Assembly (NCBI GenBank): GCA_951406725.2
Contig: OX597817.1
Location: forward strand, 166,904,001 to 166,968,000
Length of the DNA stretch: 64,000 bases
Direction of reading: 5' to 3'
From: Octopus vulgaris
Taxonomy: Eukaryota
The notes below the pieces were generated by a model. It did not search any database, was not told where the DNA came from, and was given only the letters and a program-made list of their open reading frames with translations. Position numbers and translations under genes: made by a program. Below are positions 1 to 14,664 of this stretch, piece by piece (the first letter of the stretch is position 1; every line of letters begins with the position of its first letter).

Positions 1-128
1 ACAATTATAAATAAGGGCAAAAAGAAAAAGAAAAAAGAATCGTATTTAAAATTTTCACCTTAAAAGGTATTTTTTATATGCTGGCCACTGATAAAATACC
101 TTAATAAAATTTTATCCTTATACTAGAA

Positions 129-188
<60 letters not shown>

Positions 189-192
<4 letters not shown>

Positions 193-640
193 AAATATTA
201 TTCATGTGGTTATACAATTAAGGGCTCCTAAATAAAGATGCCGAGTGCTGGGAACACAGAGATTTGAAAAGTTAAGATCTGCTAGTAGTCGGGTTTAACA
301 TATAGCCCCACATCGCTGCAGACCTCGATTAAATTCAGGCGACTCGCTGATGAAGCCAGCCTTAGCAAACATATTCTGTGTTTTGCTAGAAAGAAGCAGA
401 AACCGCGGTACGAGTTGTTAAAGTTATCGGTAAACGTTTTTGATTTTCACTCTCGATAAATTCATCCCCTTTTTGTGTTCCCAGCACTCGGCATCTTTAT
501 TTAGGAGCCCTTAATTGTATAACCACATGAATAATATTTTTCTATATGAATAATATTTTTCTATATGAATAATATTTTTGTCTTATGACTAATTCGTCTT
601 TTGTGCTGGGCACCTGGTAGTAAATAATATTACTACCCTT
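189..640 (+). mobile_element. Penelope pLTR-like/retrozyme-like remnant (family A) with ~70-bp inverted repeat and a hammerhead
   Basis: Inverted repeat ~189-258 vs ~474-543; follows (TA)n; hammerhead motif at 341-416. Confidence 0.6.
341..416 (+). ncRNA. Minimal type-I hammerhead ribozyme (family A)
   Basis: gactcg CTGATGA [stem II tagcaaa/tttgcta] GAAA C CGCG GTA cgagtt; A-A mismatch at the base of stem II. Confidence 0.7.
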
Positions 641-750
641 AACGGCCATAATAGGCCATTCACCCACTAGAAATAACAGCCAAAGCTTCAACCGCAAATA
701 AAAGTTAATTCTGTAAACCAGGAGAAAATTTTAAAAACATTTACCCTGTA

Positions 751-857
751 ATTTCTTATACGATATACCGTTTCATCTGCTGATTAATGGTAAACTAACC
801 TGATTAAATTAAATCAAGCCAATCTTCCACAGGCCCTCAGATTCCTCAGTAAGAAAT
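751..857 (-). ncRNA. Hammerhead ribozyme (family B, inverted copy)
   Basis: Reverse complement of 1311-1417. Confidence 0.85.
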
Positions 858-1310
858 AGCCCAAGTCGGAACAGATATTTTCACGAGGCATTTCCGACCT
901 TGCCAAGTTTATATCTGACCTAAAATTTTCAAATCGTCGCACTCGCGCCAAATTTATCGGCAGCAAATAAATATAAGCCGTCGATTCCATTACGGAATTA
1001 ACCAGAAAATTCATAATTAATCAATATAGGGTGGCAAAAAAAAAAATTTTGTAGAATTCTTTTGCCACCAGCGGCCTAGTAGGAAAAAATTAAATAGTCA
1101 TAGACCATTTTTAAGTTCAACATCATTTTTTTGCCACCCTATATTGATTCATTATGAATTTTCTGGTTAATTCCGTAATGGAATCGACGGCTTATATTTA
1201 TTTGCTGCCGATAAATTTGGCGCGAGTGCGACGATTTGAAAATTTTAGGTCAGATATAAACTTGGCAAGGTCGGAAATGCCTCGTGAAAATATCTGTTCC
1301 GACTTGGGCT

Positions 1311-1417
1311 ATTTCTTACTGAGGAATCTGAGGGCCTGTGGAAGATTGGCTTGATTTAATTTAATCAGGTTAGTTTACCATTAATCAGCAGATGAAACGG
1401 TATATCGTATAAGAAAT
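1311..1417 (+). ncRNA. Hammerhead ribozyme (family B)
   Basis: atttctta CTGAGGA atctg...cagat GAAA CGGTATATCG TA taagaaat; predicted cleavage after GUA (1409). Confidence 0.85.
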
Positions 1418-1642
1418 TACAGGGTAAATGTTTTTAAAATTTTCTCCTGGTTTACAGAATTAACTTTTATTTGCGGTTGAAGCTTTGGCTGTTATTTCTA
1501 GTGGGTGAATGGCCTATTATGGCCGTTCCTTGATTGTTTGATGTTGAACTTAAAAATGGTCTATGACTATTTAATTTTTTCCTACTAGGCCGCTGGTGGC
1601 AAAAGAATTCTACAAAATTTTTTTTTTGCCACCCTATATTGA

Positions 1643-1679
<37 letters not shown>

Positions 1680-2099
1680 CATACATACATACATACATAA
1701 ATACATACATACATACATACATACATACATACATACATACATACATACATAGATACATACATACATACATACATACATACATACATACATACACATGTGA
1801 TAAGTTCATTCTATACACTGATCTGTAAATGTGTTTGAATGGGGATGTGTTACATGCATGGAATAAGTGCACCTACGAATGGAATCATACAAACAAATAT
1901 TATTATATCATATTTGCAAGCATGCTAGGGTGAGTGCATACATACATGTATGAGTATCGGTATGCATGTCAGTTTTTATATTCTTTGAAATATTCCTCGA
2001 TAGATGTGGCTGATTTCAAAGTGAAACTACAAAGACAGGAGAATAGAATTCTGATAAAAGCAACTGTAAAGTGTTACATGCTAAGATTTAGAAATGTTT

Positions 2100-4470
2100 T
2101 AGGGCGGCGAGCTGGCAAAATTGTTTGCACACCAGGCAAAATGTTTAGGGGCTTTCGTTTGTTATAATGTTCTGAGTTAAAATTCCATCGAGGAGGTGTT
2201 TGCCTTTCATCCTCTAAAGGTGGATAAAATAAGTACCAGTTGATCACTGTGGTTGATGAAATCGACCTACGTCCTTACCCGAGCTTTGTGGCTTTGTGCC
2301 AAAATCTGAAATCAATTTAGAGACGTTTTATGACTGCGAGCTGGCAAAATCGATAGCACACCGAACGAAAAGCATAGCGGCATTTCGTCCGTCTTTACGT
2401 ACTGAGTTCAAATGCCGCCAAGGTAGACTTTGCTTTCATCCTTTTGGAGTCGATAAGATAGGTACCAGTTGAGCAGTGAGGTCGATGCAATCGATTTTCC
2501 CCCTTCCCGATACTGCTGGCCTTCTGCCAAAATTTGGAACCAATATTTATATATATTAGGGGCGATCTGGTAGAATCGTAAGCATGCCAGAAAAAACGCT
2601 TAGCAACATTTCGTCGAGTTCAAATACCTCCAAGGTCGCCTTTGCCTTTTATCCTTTCGATGTCAATAAAATAATTACCAGTTAAGCACTGGGGGCTCAA
2701 TGTATTCAACCAGCCCCTTCCCCAAAATTTCTGGCCTTGTGCCAAAATTTGAAACCAATATTACTGAAATGTTTAGGATATTTTGCCTGTCCCACTTAGA
2801 GATGAATTCACAGAACACAAATTAGCCATAGCGAATTGACAGAGTGGTAAGATATCAGACAGAATGCTTCGTGGTAATTTCTCTGACACTTTACCCTCCG
2901 AGTTCAGTTCCTAATGATGTCAACTTCGTCTTTCATAAAAACGTATCAATCCAATATCTTTTAATTTCAGAACTGTAAGATCATAGTTGCGCTATTATCG
3001 GGTCTCAGTTAGTTCTGAGTTCAATCCGTACCGCGGACTACTTGATAAGCTTAATTCGACATCAGCCTTCAGGGAAGTTCACTTCGTTGCATGCATTGGG
3101 ACCAGGTTCCCTCTTTGACGATACCTATTTACTTCTCTCCTTCGTACAAATCTAGGAAGCCCTGTTACGTGTTACGGGCACTGCTTTTCTCCCCAGCTCC
3201 TCGCTAAATAAAAGGTGAAATGAAAATTACCTCTCTTATTTTTCGACTTCCGAAAGATGAAAGAAAAGTTAATCTCGGCGAGATATGAACTCAGACTGTG
3301 AAGAGTTGGAAGAAATGTTGCTAAGCATTTTATCTGACTCTCAAACGTTTGTGCCAGCTAACTGTAAAAATCATTTTTATTTAGTTACAAGGCTAGTAAA
3401 TTTGATGAGCGAGTGGTAGTCGGTTACATTGATCCGTGTACTTAAGTGGTACAATGGAAAAATGAAAGGTGAAGCTGACTTCGGCTAAATTTGAACTCAC
3501 AACTTAGAGAATAAACGCTGCAAGTAATTTTTTCTGAGTTTCCTATAAGTCTGCCGATCCATCACTTACTGTTCGTAATTTAGACACGAGGCCAGTGATT
3601 TTGATAGGAAGGAGTTAGTCGACTGCTTCGATCGTGTTGCTTGATTTGCACTTCATTTTATCGAACCTGGAATTTTGTTTCGGTAGGATATGAACTCAGA
3701 ACGCAGGTTGATGCACCAAAATATTACAATATAGTTTTTCGGACGCTCTAATGCTTCTGTCAATTCACTAAATTCTGACTGTGTGACTCTTTATCTATCA
3801 ATATATCTATCCCTTAAAGGTGGTGAGCTGGCAGAATCGTTCACACGCTGGGCAAAATGCTTGGTGGTATTTCGTCTGCCACTACGTCCTGAGTTTAAAT
3901 TCCGCCGAGGTCGACTTTGCCTTTCATCCTTTCGGAGTCGATTAAATAAGTACAAGTTACGCACTGGGGTCGATATAATCGACTTAATCCCTTTGTCTGT
4001 CATTGTTTGTCCCCTCTGTGTTTAGCCCCTTGTGGGCAATAAAGAAATAAGAAACGTTAGCACGCCGGGCGAAATGCTTCGCGGTATTTCGTTTGTCTCT
4101 ACGTTCTGAGTTCAAATTCCACCGAGGTCGACTTTATCCTTTCGTGGTCGGTAAATTAAGAACGAGTTGCGTTCTTAATTGACTGTGCCCCTCCCCAAAA
4201 ACTTCAGGCCTTGTGTCGCGAGTAGAAAAGAATATTCTTATTGTAGTTAAGGCGGTGAGCTGGCAGAATCGTCAACACGCCGGGAGAAATGCTTAGCCGC
4301 GTTTCGTTTGTCTTTATGCATTAAATTCGAATTCCTCTAAGGTCAACTTTATTTTTCCTCTTTTCCATTCAGGATCGATAAAATAAGTACCAGTTCAGCA
4401 CTGGAGTGGACGTAATCGATTTACCCCATACCCGGAAATTGTTAACTTTGAACCAAAATTTGAAATCAAT
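2100..4470. mobile_element. Cluster of diverged tRNA-type SINE copies (ggcgagctggcagaa...gcctttcatcctttcggggtcgataa family)
   Basis: Repeated diverged copies with a gagttcaaattcc B-box-like motif and a shared central domain; mostly + strand, some - strand. Confidence 0.7.
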
Positions 4471-4516
4471 ATTCTTTTTGTGATTTTATATATTTTTTTC
4501 TTCTTTTCCCTTTCAG

Positions 4517-4660
4517 AATATCGGGAGGCGTTCACCATGTTTGACCGAGATAAGGATGGGAGGATTACCGCTAAGGAACTAGGGACCGTGCTGCGTTCCC
4601 TGGGTCAGAATCCGACCGAAGTAGAGCTTAGAGATATGATTAATGAGGTTGACATTGATG
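4517..4660 (+). CDS. Calmodulin-like gene, internal coding exon (EF-hand 1 and start of EF-hand 2 loop)
   Basis: Pyrimidine tract + tttcag acceptor, 144 bp, gt donor at 4661; encodes (E)[47 protein letters not shown](G); size and phase match the canonical calmodulin exon. Confidence 0.95.
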
Positions 4661-5025
4661 GTATACTATCACTATAGCAACTATAATTATCACTAACCGC
4701 ATTTTCTGCACCCGTCCACTCGAACACCCTCGATGCTCCATCGGACAAAGATTAACTTCCTTTGGCTTTTACTGTCTTCAGCACTTGCACATGCGCGCGC
4801 ACGCACGCACACACGCACTCACAAACAAATAAACAAACCCATACACATACATATACAAGTACACACACACACACACACACATGCATTTGTCCGCATACAC
4901 GTACCCCACATACATTTTACACGCACATGCATACATAGATACGCATGCACAGAAGCACATATAGATGATGCATTCACTGAGCACCTGCTCAGACTGTTGC
5001 ACAGACACATCATTGCATATGCTTG

Positions 5026-7400
5026 CACCACCACCACCACCACAACCACCACCACCACCACCACAACCACAACCACAATGTCCACCACTACCACATACCA
5101 CCACCACTACTACCGCCACTACCAACACCACCACCATTACTATCACCACCATCCCCATGATCACTACCATCACTGTCACAGTCACCACCACAACCACCAC
5201 CACAACGCCCACCTCTACCACAATGTCCACCACTACCACAATGTCCACCACTACCACAATGTCCACCACTACCACATACCACCACCACTACTACCGCCAC
5301 TACTACCGCCACCACTACCACCACCACTACCAACACCACCACCATTACTATCACCACCATCCCCATGATCACTACCATCACTATCACAGTCACCACCACA
5401 ACCACCACCACCACCACCATACCGCCACCACAACGCCCACCACTACCAAATACCACCACCACCACCACAACCACAATGTCCACCACTACCACATACCACC
5501 ACCACTACTACCGCCACCACTACCACCACCACTACCAACACCACCACCATTACTATCACCACCATCCCCATGATCACTACCATCACTGTCACAGTCACCA
5601 CCACAACCACCACCACCACAACCACCACCACCACAACCACCACCACAACGCCCACCACTACCACCACCACCACCACCACCACAACCACAATGTCCACCAC
5701 TACCACATACCACCACCACTACTACCGCCACCACTACCACCACCACTACCAACACCACCACCATTACTATCACCACCATCCCCATGATCACTACCATCAC
5801 TATCACAGTCACCACCACAACCACCACCACCACCACCGCCACCACAACGCCCACCACTACCACATACCACCACCACCACCACAACCACAATGTCCACCAC
5901 TACCACATACCACCACCACTACTACCGCCACCACTACCACCACCACTACCAACACCACCACCATTACTATCACCACCATCCCCATGATCACTACCATCAC
6001 TATCACAGTCACCACCACAACCACCACCACCGCAACCACCTCTACCACATACCACCACCACCACCACCACCACCACAATGTCCACCACTACCACATACCA
6101 CCACCACTACTACCGCCACCACTACCACCACCACTACCACCACCACCATTACTATCACCACCATCCCCATGATCACTACCATCACTGTCACAGTCACCAC
6201 CACAACCACCACCACCACCACCGCCACCACAACGCCCACCACTACCACATACCACCACCACTACTACCGCCACAAGCACAATGTCCACCACTACCACATA
6301 CCACCACCACTACTACCGCCACCACTACCACCACCACTACCAACACCACCACCATCACCACCATCCCCATGATCACTACCATCACTGTCACAGTCACCAC
6401 CACAACCACCACCACAACGCCCACCTCTACCACATACCACCACCACCACCACAATGTCCACCACTACCACATACCACCACCACTACTACCGCCACCACTA
6501 CCACCACCACTACCAACACCACCACCATTACTATCACCACCATCCCCATGATCACTACCATCACTGTCACAGTCACCACCACAACCACCACCACCACAAC
6601 CACCGCCACCACAACGCCCACCACTACCACATACCACCACCACCACCACAACCACAATGTCCACCACTACCACATACCACCACCACTACTACCGCCACCA
6701 CTACCGCCACCACTACCACCACCACTACCAACACCACCACCATTACTATCACCACCATCCCCATGATCACTACCATCACTATCACAGTCACCACCACAAC
6801 CACCACCACCACCACCATACCGCCACCACAACGCCCACCACTACCACATACCACCACCACCACCAAACCACAACGCCCACCACTACCACATACCACCACC
6901 ACTACTACCGCCACCACTACCAACACCACCACCATTACTATCACCACCATCCCCATGATCACTACCATCACTGTCACAGTCACCACCACAACCACCACCA
7001 CCACAACCACCACCACAACGCCCACCTCTACCACATACCACCACCACCACCACAACCACAATGTCCACCACTACCACATACCACCACCACTACTACCGCC
7101 ACCACTACCACCACCACTACCAACACCACCACCATTACTATCACCACCATCCCCATGATCACTACCATCACTGTCGCAGTCACCACCACAACCACCACCA
7201 CAACCACCACCACCACCACCACCACAACGCCCACCTCTACCACATACCACAACCACAATGTCCACCACTACCACATACCACCACCACTACTACCGCCACC
7301 ACTACCACCACCACTACCACCACCACTACCAACACCACCACCATTACTATCACCACCATCCCCATGATCTGTCACAGTCACCACCACAACCACTATCACT
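5026..7400. repeat. Compound (CAC/CCA/ACC)n minisatellite with a ~200-bp higher-order unit
   Basis: ccccatgatc landmark recurs about 12 times at ~180-215 bp spacing. Confidence 0.9.
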
Positions 7401-7636
7401 ATACCATCGACATCCCCACCATCAGCTATACCAAAGCAGTATCACCGTCATCACACAGTCATCACCGTTCCTGCTCCTACGACGACAGCCTCCCCGCCAC
7501 AATAGAGACCCGTACCGCCATCATCCCGTCCTTATCCTTCTTATTACTATCTCTACAGAGGAGAATGCTAAACCCAGTTACGCATTTAGACCTTAACACT
7601 TCTCACCACCAATCCCACACAACTCCTCTTCCTCCG

Positions 7637-7649
7637 ACTACTACTACTC

Positions 7650-7697
<48 letters not shown>

Positions 7698-7737
7698 GTA
7701 ATACTACTACTATTGCTACTACCACTACTACTACTAC

Positions 7738-7770
<33 letters not shown>

Positions 7771-7808
7771 ATGATGATGATGATGATGATGATGCTGATG
7801 ATGATAAA

Positions 7809-7862
<54 letters not shown>

Positions 7863-7872
7863 GAAGAAGAAG
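7637..7872. repeat. Serial trinucleotide microsatellites (CTA)n-(TAA)n-(TGA)n-(TAA)n-(AAG)n
   Basis: Seen directly. Confidence 0.95.
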
Positions 7873-8715
7873 AACAATGGTTTCTTACATAGGCACCAGG
7901 CCAACAAATTTAAGAGGAGTGTGAGTAGTCAATACCATTGTCCTCAATATTTGAATGGTACTTTATTTCATCGAAACCGAAGGGATGAACGGTTAAGTTA
8001 ACCCCGACCCCTTTCGAACACAGAACATAAAAAGCCGGAAAAATACAGCAAAGTATTTTTTTTCCAACGTCCTTCCGATTCTGTACCCATGACATGGCGC
8101 TGCTCCAGAATGTTCCTTCAATCATGAATGTCCATAAAGGCTTCTAAATCCCCTGCTAATCTCTACCGCCCAGATTATATACCGTTCTTCATCATCTCAG
8201 TTTTTATCACCCACCTTTGTTGTGCTACAAAGATGACAAGAGACCTAAAGATCAATATCGTTTCTAACACCACTTACGCGTTGGTGCTGATGGCGAATGT
8301 ACTCCAGTATAATTTAATGGGTGAGTCTATATCTTACAACCACTGCTTGTCTTTTGTCCCCACCTCCGGTTTCCGGAAGTAGGTAGGCACCGTTTCTCGC
8401 AACAGACAAGATATTTTCCAAAACATCGGTTCAGGCCATTTTCACTTCATCCTTCGAGAGCATACAAAACTTTCCCCTCTCCTCGTTAAGCAAATTTCTC
8501 CTTACCTGCTCATCATTTTTCTGTCCAATTGGACTCTGGTATTATTGTCAAACATGTTGTCAAAATCGATCCAATTCATATTAAAAAAAAACAACACTGA
8601 ATCATCATTTTCGTTTCTTTTAGTAGTACTTCCCTTTACGGTGATTTTTCCATTTTCTGCTCATTTGTGTGTGTGTGTGTGTGTGTGCATTTTCTGCTCA
8701 GCTGTCAAGACTTGT

Positions 8716-9070
8716 TTAGTCCCACTGCGTGGCACCTTGGGCAAGTGTCTTCTACATTAGCCTCGGGCCGACCAAAGCCCTGTGAGTGGATTTGGTAGAC
8801 GGAAACTGAAAGAAGCCCGTCGTATATATGTATATGTATTAATATATATATATGAGTGCGTGTGTGTGTGTTTGTATGTCTGTGTTTGTCCCCCAACATC
8901 GCTTGACAACCGATGCTGGTGTGTTTACGTCCCCGTAACTTAGCGGTTCGGCAAAAGAGACCGATAGAATAAGTACTAGGCTTACAAAGAATAAGTCCTG
9001 AGGTCTATTTGCTCGACTAAAGGCAATGCTCCAGCATGGCAGCAGTCAAATGATTGAAACAAGTAAAACA
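8716..9070 (+). mobile_element. SINE (cactgcgtggcaccttgggcaagtgt family), 5' truncated
   Basis: Homologous to copies at 12803, 44684 and 54841. Confidence 0.8.
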
Positions 9071-9360
9071 GAAGGTTTATAGCAAACGATCTTAGTTGAA
9101 TATCAAGAAAGAACAAAAATCTTCAAAAAATATTTTTTGACCCAATTTTACTAAAAAAAATAACCTGCCACTAACCTTCAGTCTCCAAGACTGTTCCCCT
9201 TAACATTAACTCAATAGTTTCAACTCCACCCAACACTACCACCGCCAACAAAAATGTATCAATGAGATAGCTCCCAATGAGAACCTGACCTACTAGAAAT
9301 AGCAACTAGATTTCCTTTAACTCACACCAGACCATAACGCTACAGTGGAAAATGCAGTTC

Positions 9361-9588
9361 TTATTTCTTTACTGCCTACAAGCGGCTAAACATAGAGGGG
9401 ACAAACAAGGAAAGACAAACGGATTAAGTCGATTATATCGACCCCAGTGCGTAACTGGTACTTATTTAATCGACCCCGAAAGGATGAAAGGCAAAGTCGA
9501 CCTCGGCGGAATTTGAACTCAGAACGTAAGGGCAGACGAAATACCGCTAAGCACTTCGCCCGGCGTGCTAACGTTTCTGCCAGCTCGC
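9361..9588 (-). mobile_element. SINE (ggcgagctggcagaa family)
   Basis: Near-identical to copies at 38674 and 53617. Confidence 0.8.
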
Positions 9589-10726
9589 TGGAAAATGCAG
9601 TTCTGCTACACAACTGGTATGTCTTTGATCACACGTATGCTTGATTGAAGCTGACCACGGGCTAAACCACAACAAGAACAGTAACAACAAAAACAGCCCC
9701 AATAATACTTGCAATAACAACACTATCAGTGCCACCATACAATTTTCCAATTCTATCGATTTTTGACTGTCATCTGTAGGAAAAATGCAAATACCATGAA
9801 CACAATAATCTCATCCTTTCCGCAAACACGAACCAATCAAACCGAGAAGACCTCCAATATAAATACAACCATGACTGCGACTGCTAAGTTCCATCATCAC
9901 CACGGTAATCGTTAGCATCATCGTCGTCGTCACTACCATTATCACTGCCACCACCACCACCACCACCACCACCACTACTATCAGCAGCAGCAGCACCGTC
10001 ACCACTGCTATCATTATCATCATTATCACTACCACCACCACCACCACCACCATCACCACCAACACCACCACCACTACCATCACCACCACCACCACCACCA
10101 CCAGTATCATCACCACCACCACCACCACCATCATCAACACCACCACCACTCTCACCATTATCATCATCATCATCATTATCATCATCACCACCACCACCAC
10201 CACCACCATGATCATCATCACCACCACCACCACCACCACTACCGCCATCATCATCACCACCACCACTACTACCACCACTACCACAACCACTACCACCACT
10301 ACCACGCCCAACACCACCATCATCATCACTGTCATCATTACCATCACCAACATCATTACCAGGGTGTGACTTGAGAGAAATTTGCCTCTAATTTCTAGCA
10401 GGTCCTGCATTGACTCGGGGTTCCTGTTGTTCGCGTTCTTTGTCTTTATCTCACCTCTCTCATAAATTTTAGTTTTCTGCTCAGCTATCAAGACTTGTTT
10501 AGTCCCACTGCGTGACACCTTGGGCAAGTGTCTCCTACATTAGCCTCGGGCCGACCAAAGCCTTGTGATCATCATCACTGTCATCATTACCATCACCAAC
10601 AGTCATTACTGAAACAGGAGTGTGACTTGAGACAAGCAAACCTTTTGTATTGAACAGAATATTTGCTGTAGCCCAACTTTTATATCAAGATGTACATGAT
10701 AATACTTCCAATCAGTTAAGACCAGA

Positions 10727-10795
<69 letters not shown>

Positions 10796-10798
<3 letters not shown>

Positions 10799-11879
10799 TA
10801 GTTTTATTTTTATAGCGTGCTTTCACTTCACTACCGAGCGCAGCTCTGTGTGCCTTGGGTATGTGCTGTGATTTGTTGTGATGCTCTGATGGTTATTGTA
10901 TGGAAAGTGTTCTGCGTAGGATGTGTGCAGTGCCTAGTAGTGCAATTTTCTGTATGTTATTTGTGTTTGTAAGTCCTGGTGTTTTTGTTATGTATTTGTC
11001 TGAATATTTTTTTATCATGCCTAATGCACCTACTATGATAGGAATTGTTTCTGTTTTCAGATTCCACATTCTAGTTACCTCTATTTCCAGGTCTTTGTAT
11101 TTTGAGAGTTTCTCCATTTCTTTTAGAGACACGTTGTCATCAGCCGGTATTGATACATCAATTAGAAAGCATTTTTTTCTTCATGATCTCTGACAACTAT
11201 ATCTGGTCTGTTGGCCTTAATTTCTCTATCTGTGTGTATCGGCATATCCCAGAGTATGGTTGCTTTCTCGTTTTCTGTGACCTTTTCTGGTGTGTGCCTA
11301 TACCATCTTTTTTCTGTTGTTATTCCATAATGTTGGCATAGCTTCCAATGTATGTAGGTTCCAACTCTGTCATGTCTGTGAATATATTCCTTCTTAGCCA
11401 AGACTGGGCAGCTAGAGATAATATGATTTATTGTTTCTTGTCCATCTCCACATATTCTGCAGTTACTTGTAATATTTCTTTTCATTACATGTTTTTGGTA
11501 ATTTCTGGTGGGGAGGCTTTGGTCTTGTGCTGCAATTAAAAATCCCTCTGTTTCTGCTTTGAGTCCTGAGCTTCTCAACCACTGCTGGGATTTTTCTTTG
11601 TCTATTTCTTTTGCGTTTAGTTTAGTCCAGTATTTACCATGAAGGGGCTTTTCTTGCCATCGTTTTATCATGGTTCGTTGCTGTTCTATTTTTAGTTTGG
11701 ATTTCATTTGTTTTATAGCTTTTGTTGTTTCTTCATCATCTTCTTCTTCTTCTTTGTGTTTATTAGGTGGTATGATTTCTTGTTTGTATTTGTCAGCTTC
11801 CTTAAATACTGAGAACAGTTTTTTGTTTTGCTCGTCTTTTGCCGCTATCTGGATCAGTTTTCCTTCCTTCTGAAGTAGA

Positions 11880-11880
<1 letters not shown>
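10796..11880 (-). mobile_element. 5'-truncated R4/Dong-like RLE non-LTR retrotransposon (frameshifted)
   Basis: ORFs 11162-11707 and 10893-11132: CCHC knuckle CRICGDGQETINHIISSC, RHD, RPDIVV..D, KLSKYKDL, PIIVGALG; flanked by (TTA)n on both sides. Confidence 0.9.
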
Positions 11881-12592
<712 letters not shown>

Positions 12593-12802
12593 CTCTTCTA
12601 CAACAAATCAGGTTGGCTGAATTGTAAGAGCGTCGAACAAAATACCTTACGGCATTTCTACCGGTACTTTATTGAGTCAGCTTTGGGTTTCATCCCACCA
12701 GGATGGATGAGATATAGTAGAAATCAAATATTGGAGTCGAAAGTATCAACTTTCAAAATTGTTACCCTTGTGTCTAAGTCAGAAAAAAAAAAAAATTATT
12801 AC

Positions 12803-13250
12803 CGTAGGAGTGGTTGTGTGGTAAGTAGCTTGCTTCCCAAGCACATGGTTCCGGGTTCAGTCCCACTGCGTGGCACCTTGGGCAAGTGTGTTCTACTATA
12901 GCCTCGGGCCGATCAAAGCATTGTGAGCGTGTTTGTTAGACGGAAACTGAAAGAAGCCCATCGTATGTATGTATGTATGTATGTATATATATATATATAT
13001 ATATGTATTTATATATGTATGTATGTGTGTGTATATATTTGTGTATCTGTGTTTGTCTCCCCAACATCACTTGACAACTGATGCTGGTGTATTTACGTCT
13101 CCGTAACCTAGCGGTTCGGCGAAAGAGACCGCTAGAATAAGTACTAGGCTTACAAAGAATAAGTCCTGGGGACGATTTGCTCGTCTAAAGAAGGCGGTGC
13201 TCCAGCATGCCCACAGTCAAATGACTGAAACAAGTAAAAGAATAAATAGA
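12803..13250 (+). mobile_element. tRNA-derived SINE with internal microsatellite
   Basis: aggagtggttgtgtggtaagtagc...ggttcagtccc head; gtaaaaga-type tail; multicopy in the window. Confidence 0.85.
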
Positions 13251-13551
13251 GTATATTATAGAGCTGTGAAGTAAAAGAATCTTTGAGCATTCGTAAAAAA
13301 AAAGGCTTTGCACTAATTCTTCCGGTTCTTTACATTTCGAGCTGAAATCCCACCGAGAAAACTTTGCCTTTCAGATCTCCAAGGTCAATATAACAAAGTA
13401 CCAGTCACGCACTGGAGCCGAAGTTATCGATTAACACTTAATATTCGATATTGCTGATTTAAATTAGGAAAAAAAGAATTAAGCTTTTGTGGTCAATTAA
13501 GAAAATAGTATTGTTGGTGTTCTTACTGCCATTTGATGTAGTAGCAGTAGC

Positions 13552-13622
<71 letters not shown>

Positions 13623-13626
13623 CAGC

Positions 13627-13750
<124 letters not shown>

Positions 13751-14595
13751 ATAGTAGAAGTAGAAAGCGATTCATACATACCGCATACATATATTTCCAT
13801 ATATGTATATATGTATATATGTACACACACACATATATACACACACATATAAACATACACACATATGTGTGTATATATATAGATACGCATATATATATAT
13901 ATATATATATGCCTATATATATATACGTATATATACATACATTTATATACATATATATATATACATGTATATATAAACATATATATGTATATATGTATAT
14001 ACACACTCACACATAAACACACACACACATATATATATATATAATGTATGACGTAACAAGAAAGAAGGGAGAAAACGAAAAACAAAAAGCAAAATAGACA
14101 GAGAGGGTGAGGTGAGAAAGGGAAAAACAGAAGTGTGGGACCAAAGGAGAGAGATTGGGGAGGAAGAGGGAAGAGAGAGGAAGACAGAGGAAAGATGGGA
14201 GAGAGAGTGATGGGAAAAAGTGAGAGATATCGGTAAATGATAACGGGGAATGGACGTGGTGTTCCTTTTGTCATAGAGTATTTATAAGGAAATAGTAAAA
14301 ATGTGTGACCAACGCATCATTCTGGCTGATATTACCATAGCAACGTTATCTGATTAAATATCGATAGCTACAGTGATGACGTAGGTCTTTGTTTTACACA
14401 AAAGATACAATTGCATGCATTGGGTTGGAAGGGAGGGACAGTGCCCATAACACTGCCTAAAGTATAACATATACGGCGGCCATTTTGTTTACATTGACAA
14501 ACACACAGACGTTCACTTATATGCAAGTAGATATTCTTTTACGCATGCGTATACGGGAACATATAACTATATATTACGTATATGCATGTACATAC

Positions 14596-14661
<66 letters not shown>

Positions 14662-14664
<3 letters not shown>

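Larger units (their letters stand above)
641..1650. mobile_element. ORF-less retrozyme/pLTR-like element, family B (~495-bp unit), inverted arrangement
   Basis: ~641-1045 is the reverse complement of ~1126-1527; gccaccctatattg recurs at 1133 and 1628; ends in (TA)n; one hammerhead per arm. Confidence 0.8.

Noticed and set aside
814-1354. Two identical 66-aa ORFs on opposite strands
   Set aside because: By-product of the inverted duplication; no recognisable domain, and the frame is not preserved at the 39 kb locus
2798-2850. Possible upstream calmodulin exon (DEFTEHKLA resembles DQLTEEQIA)
   Set aside because: No GT donor at the expected position, an in-frame stop follows, and it runs into a decayed SINE
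4733-7774. His/Thr/Pro-rich and Val/Gly-rich ORFs
   Set aside because: Translations of a stop-poor triplet minisatellite; frames shift every unit and no splice support is evident
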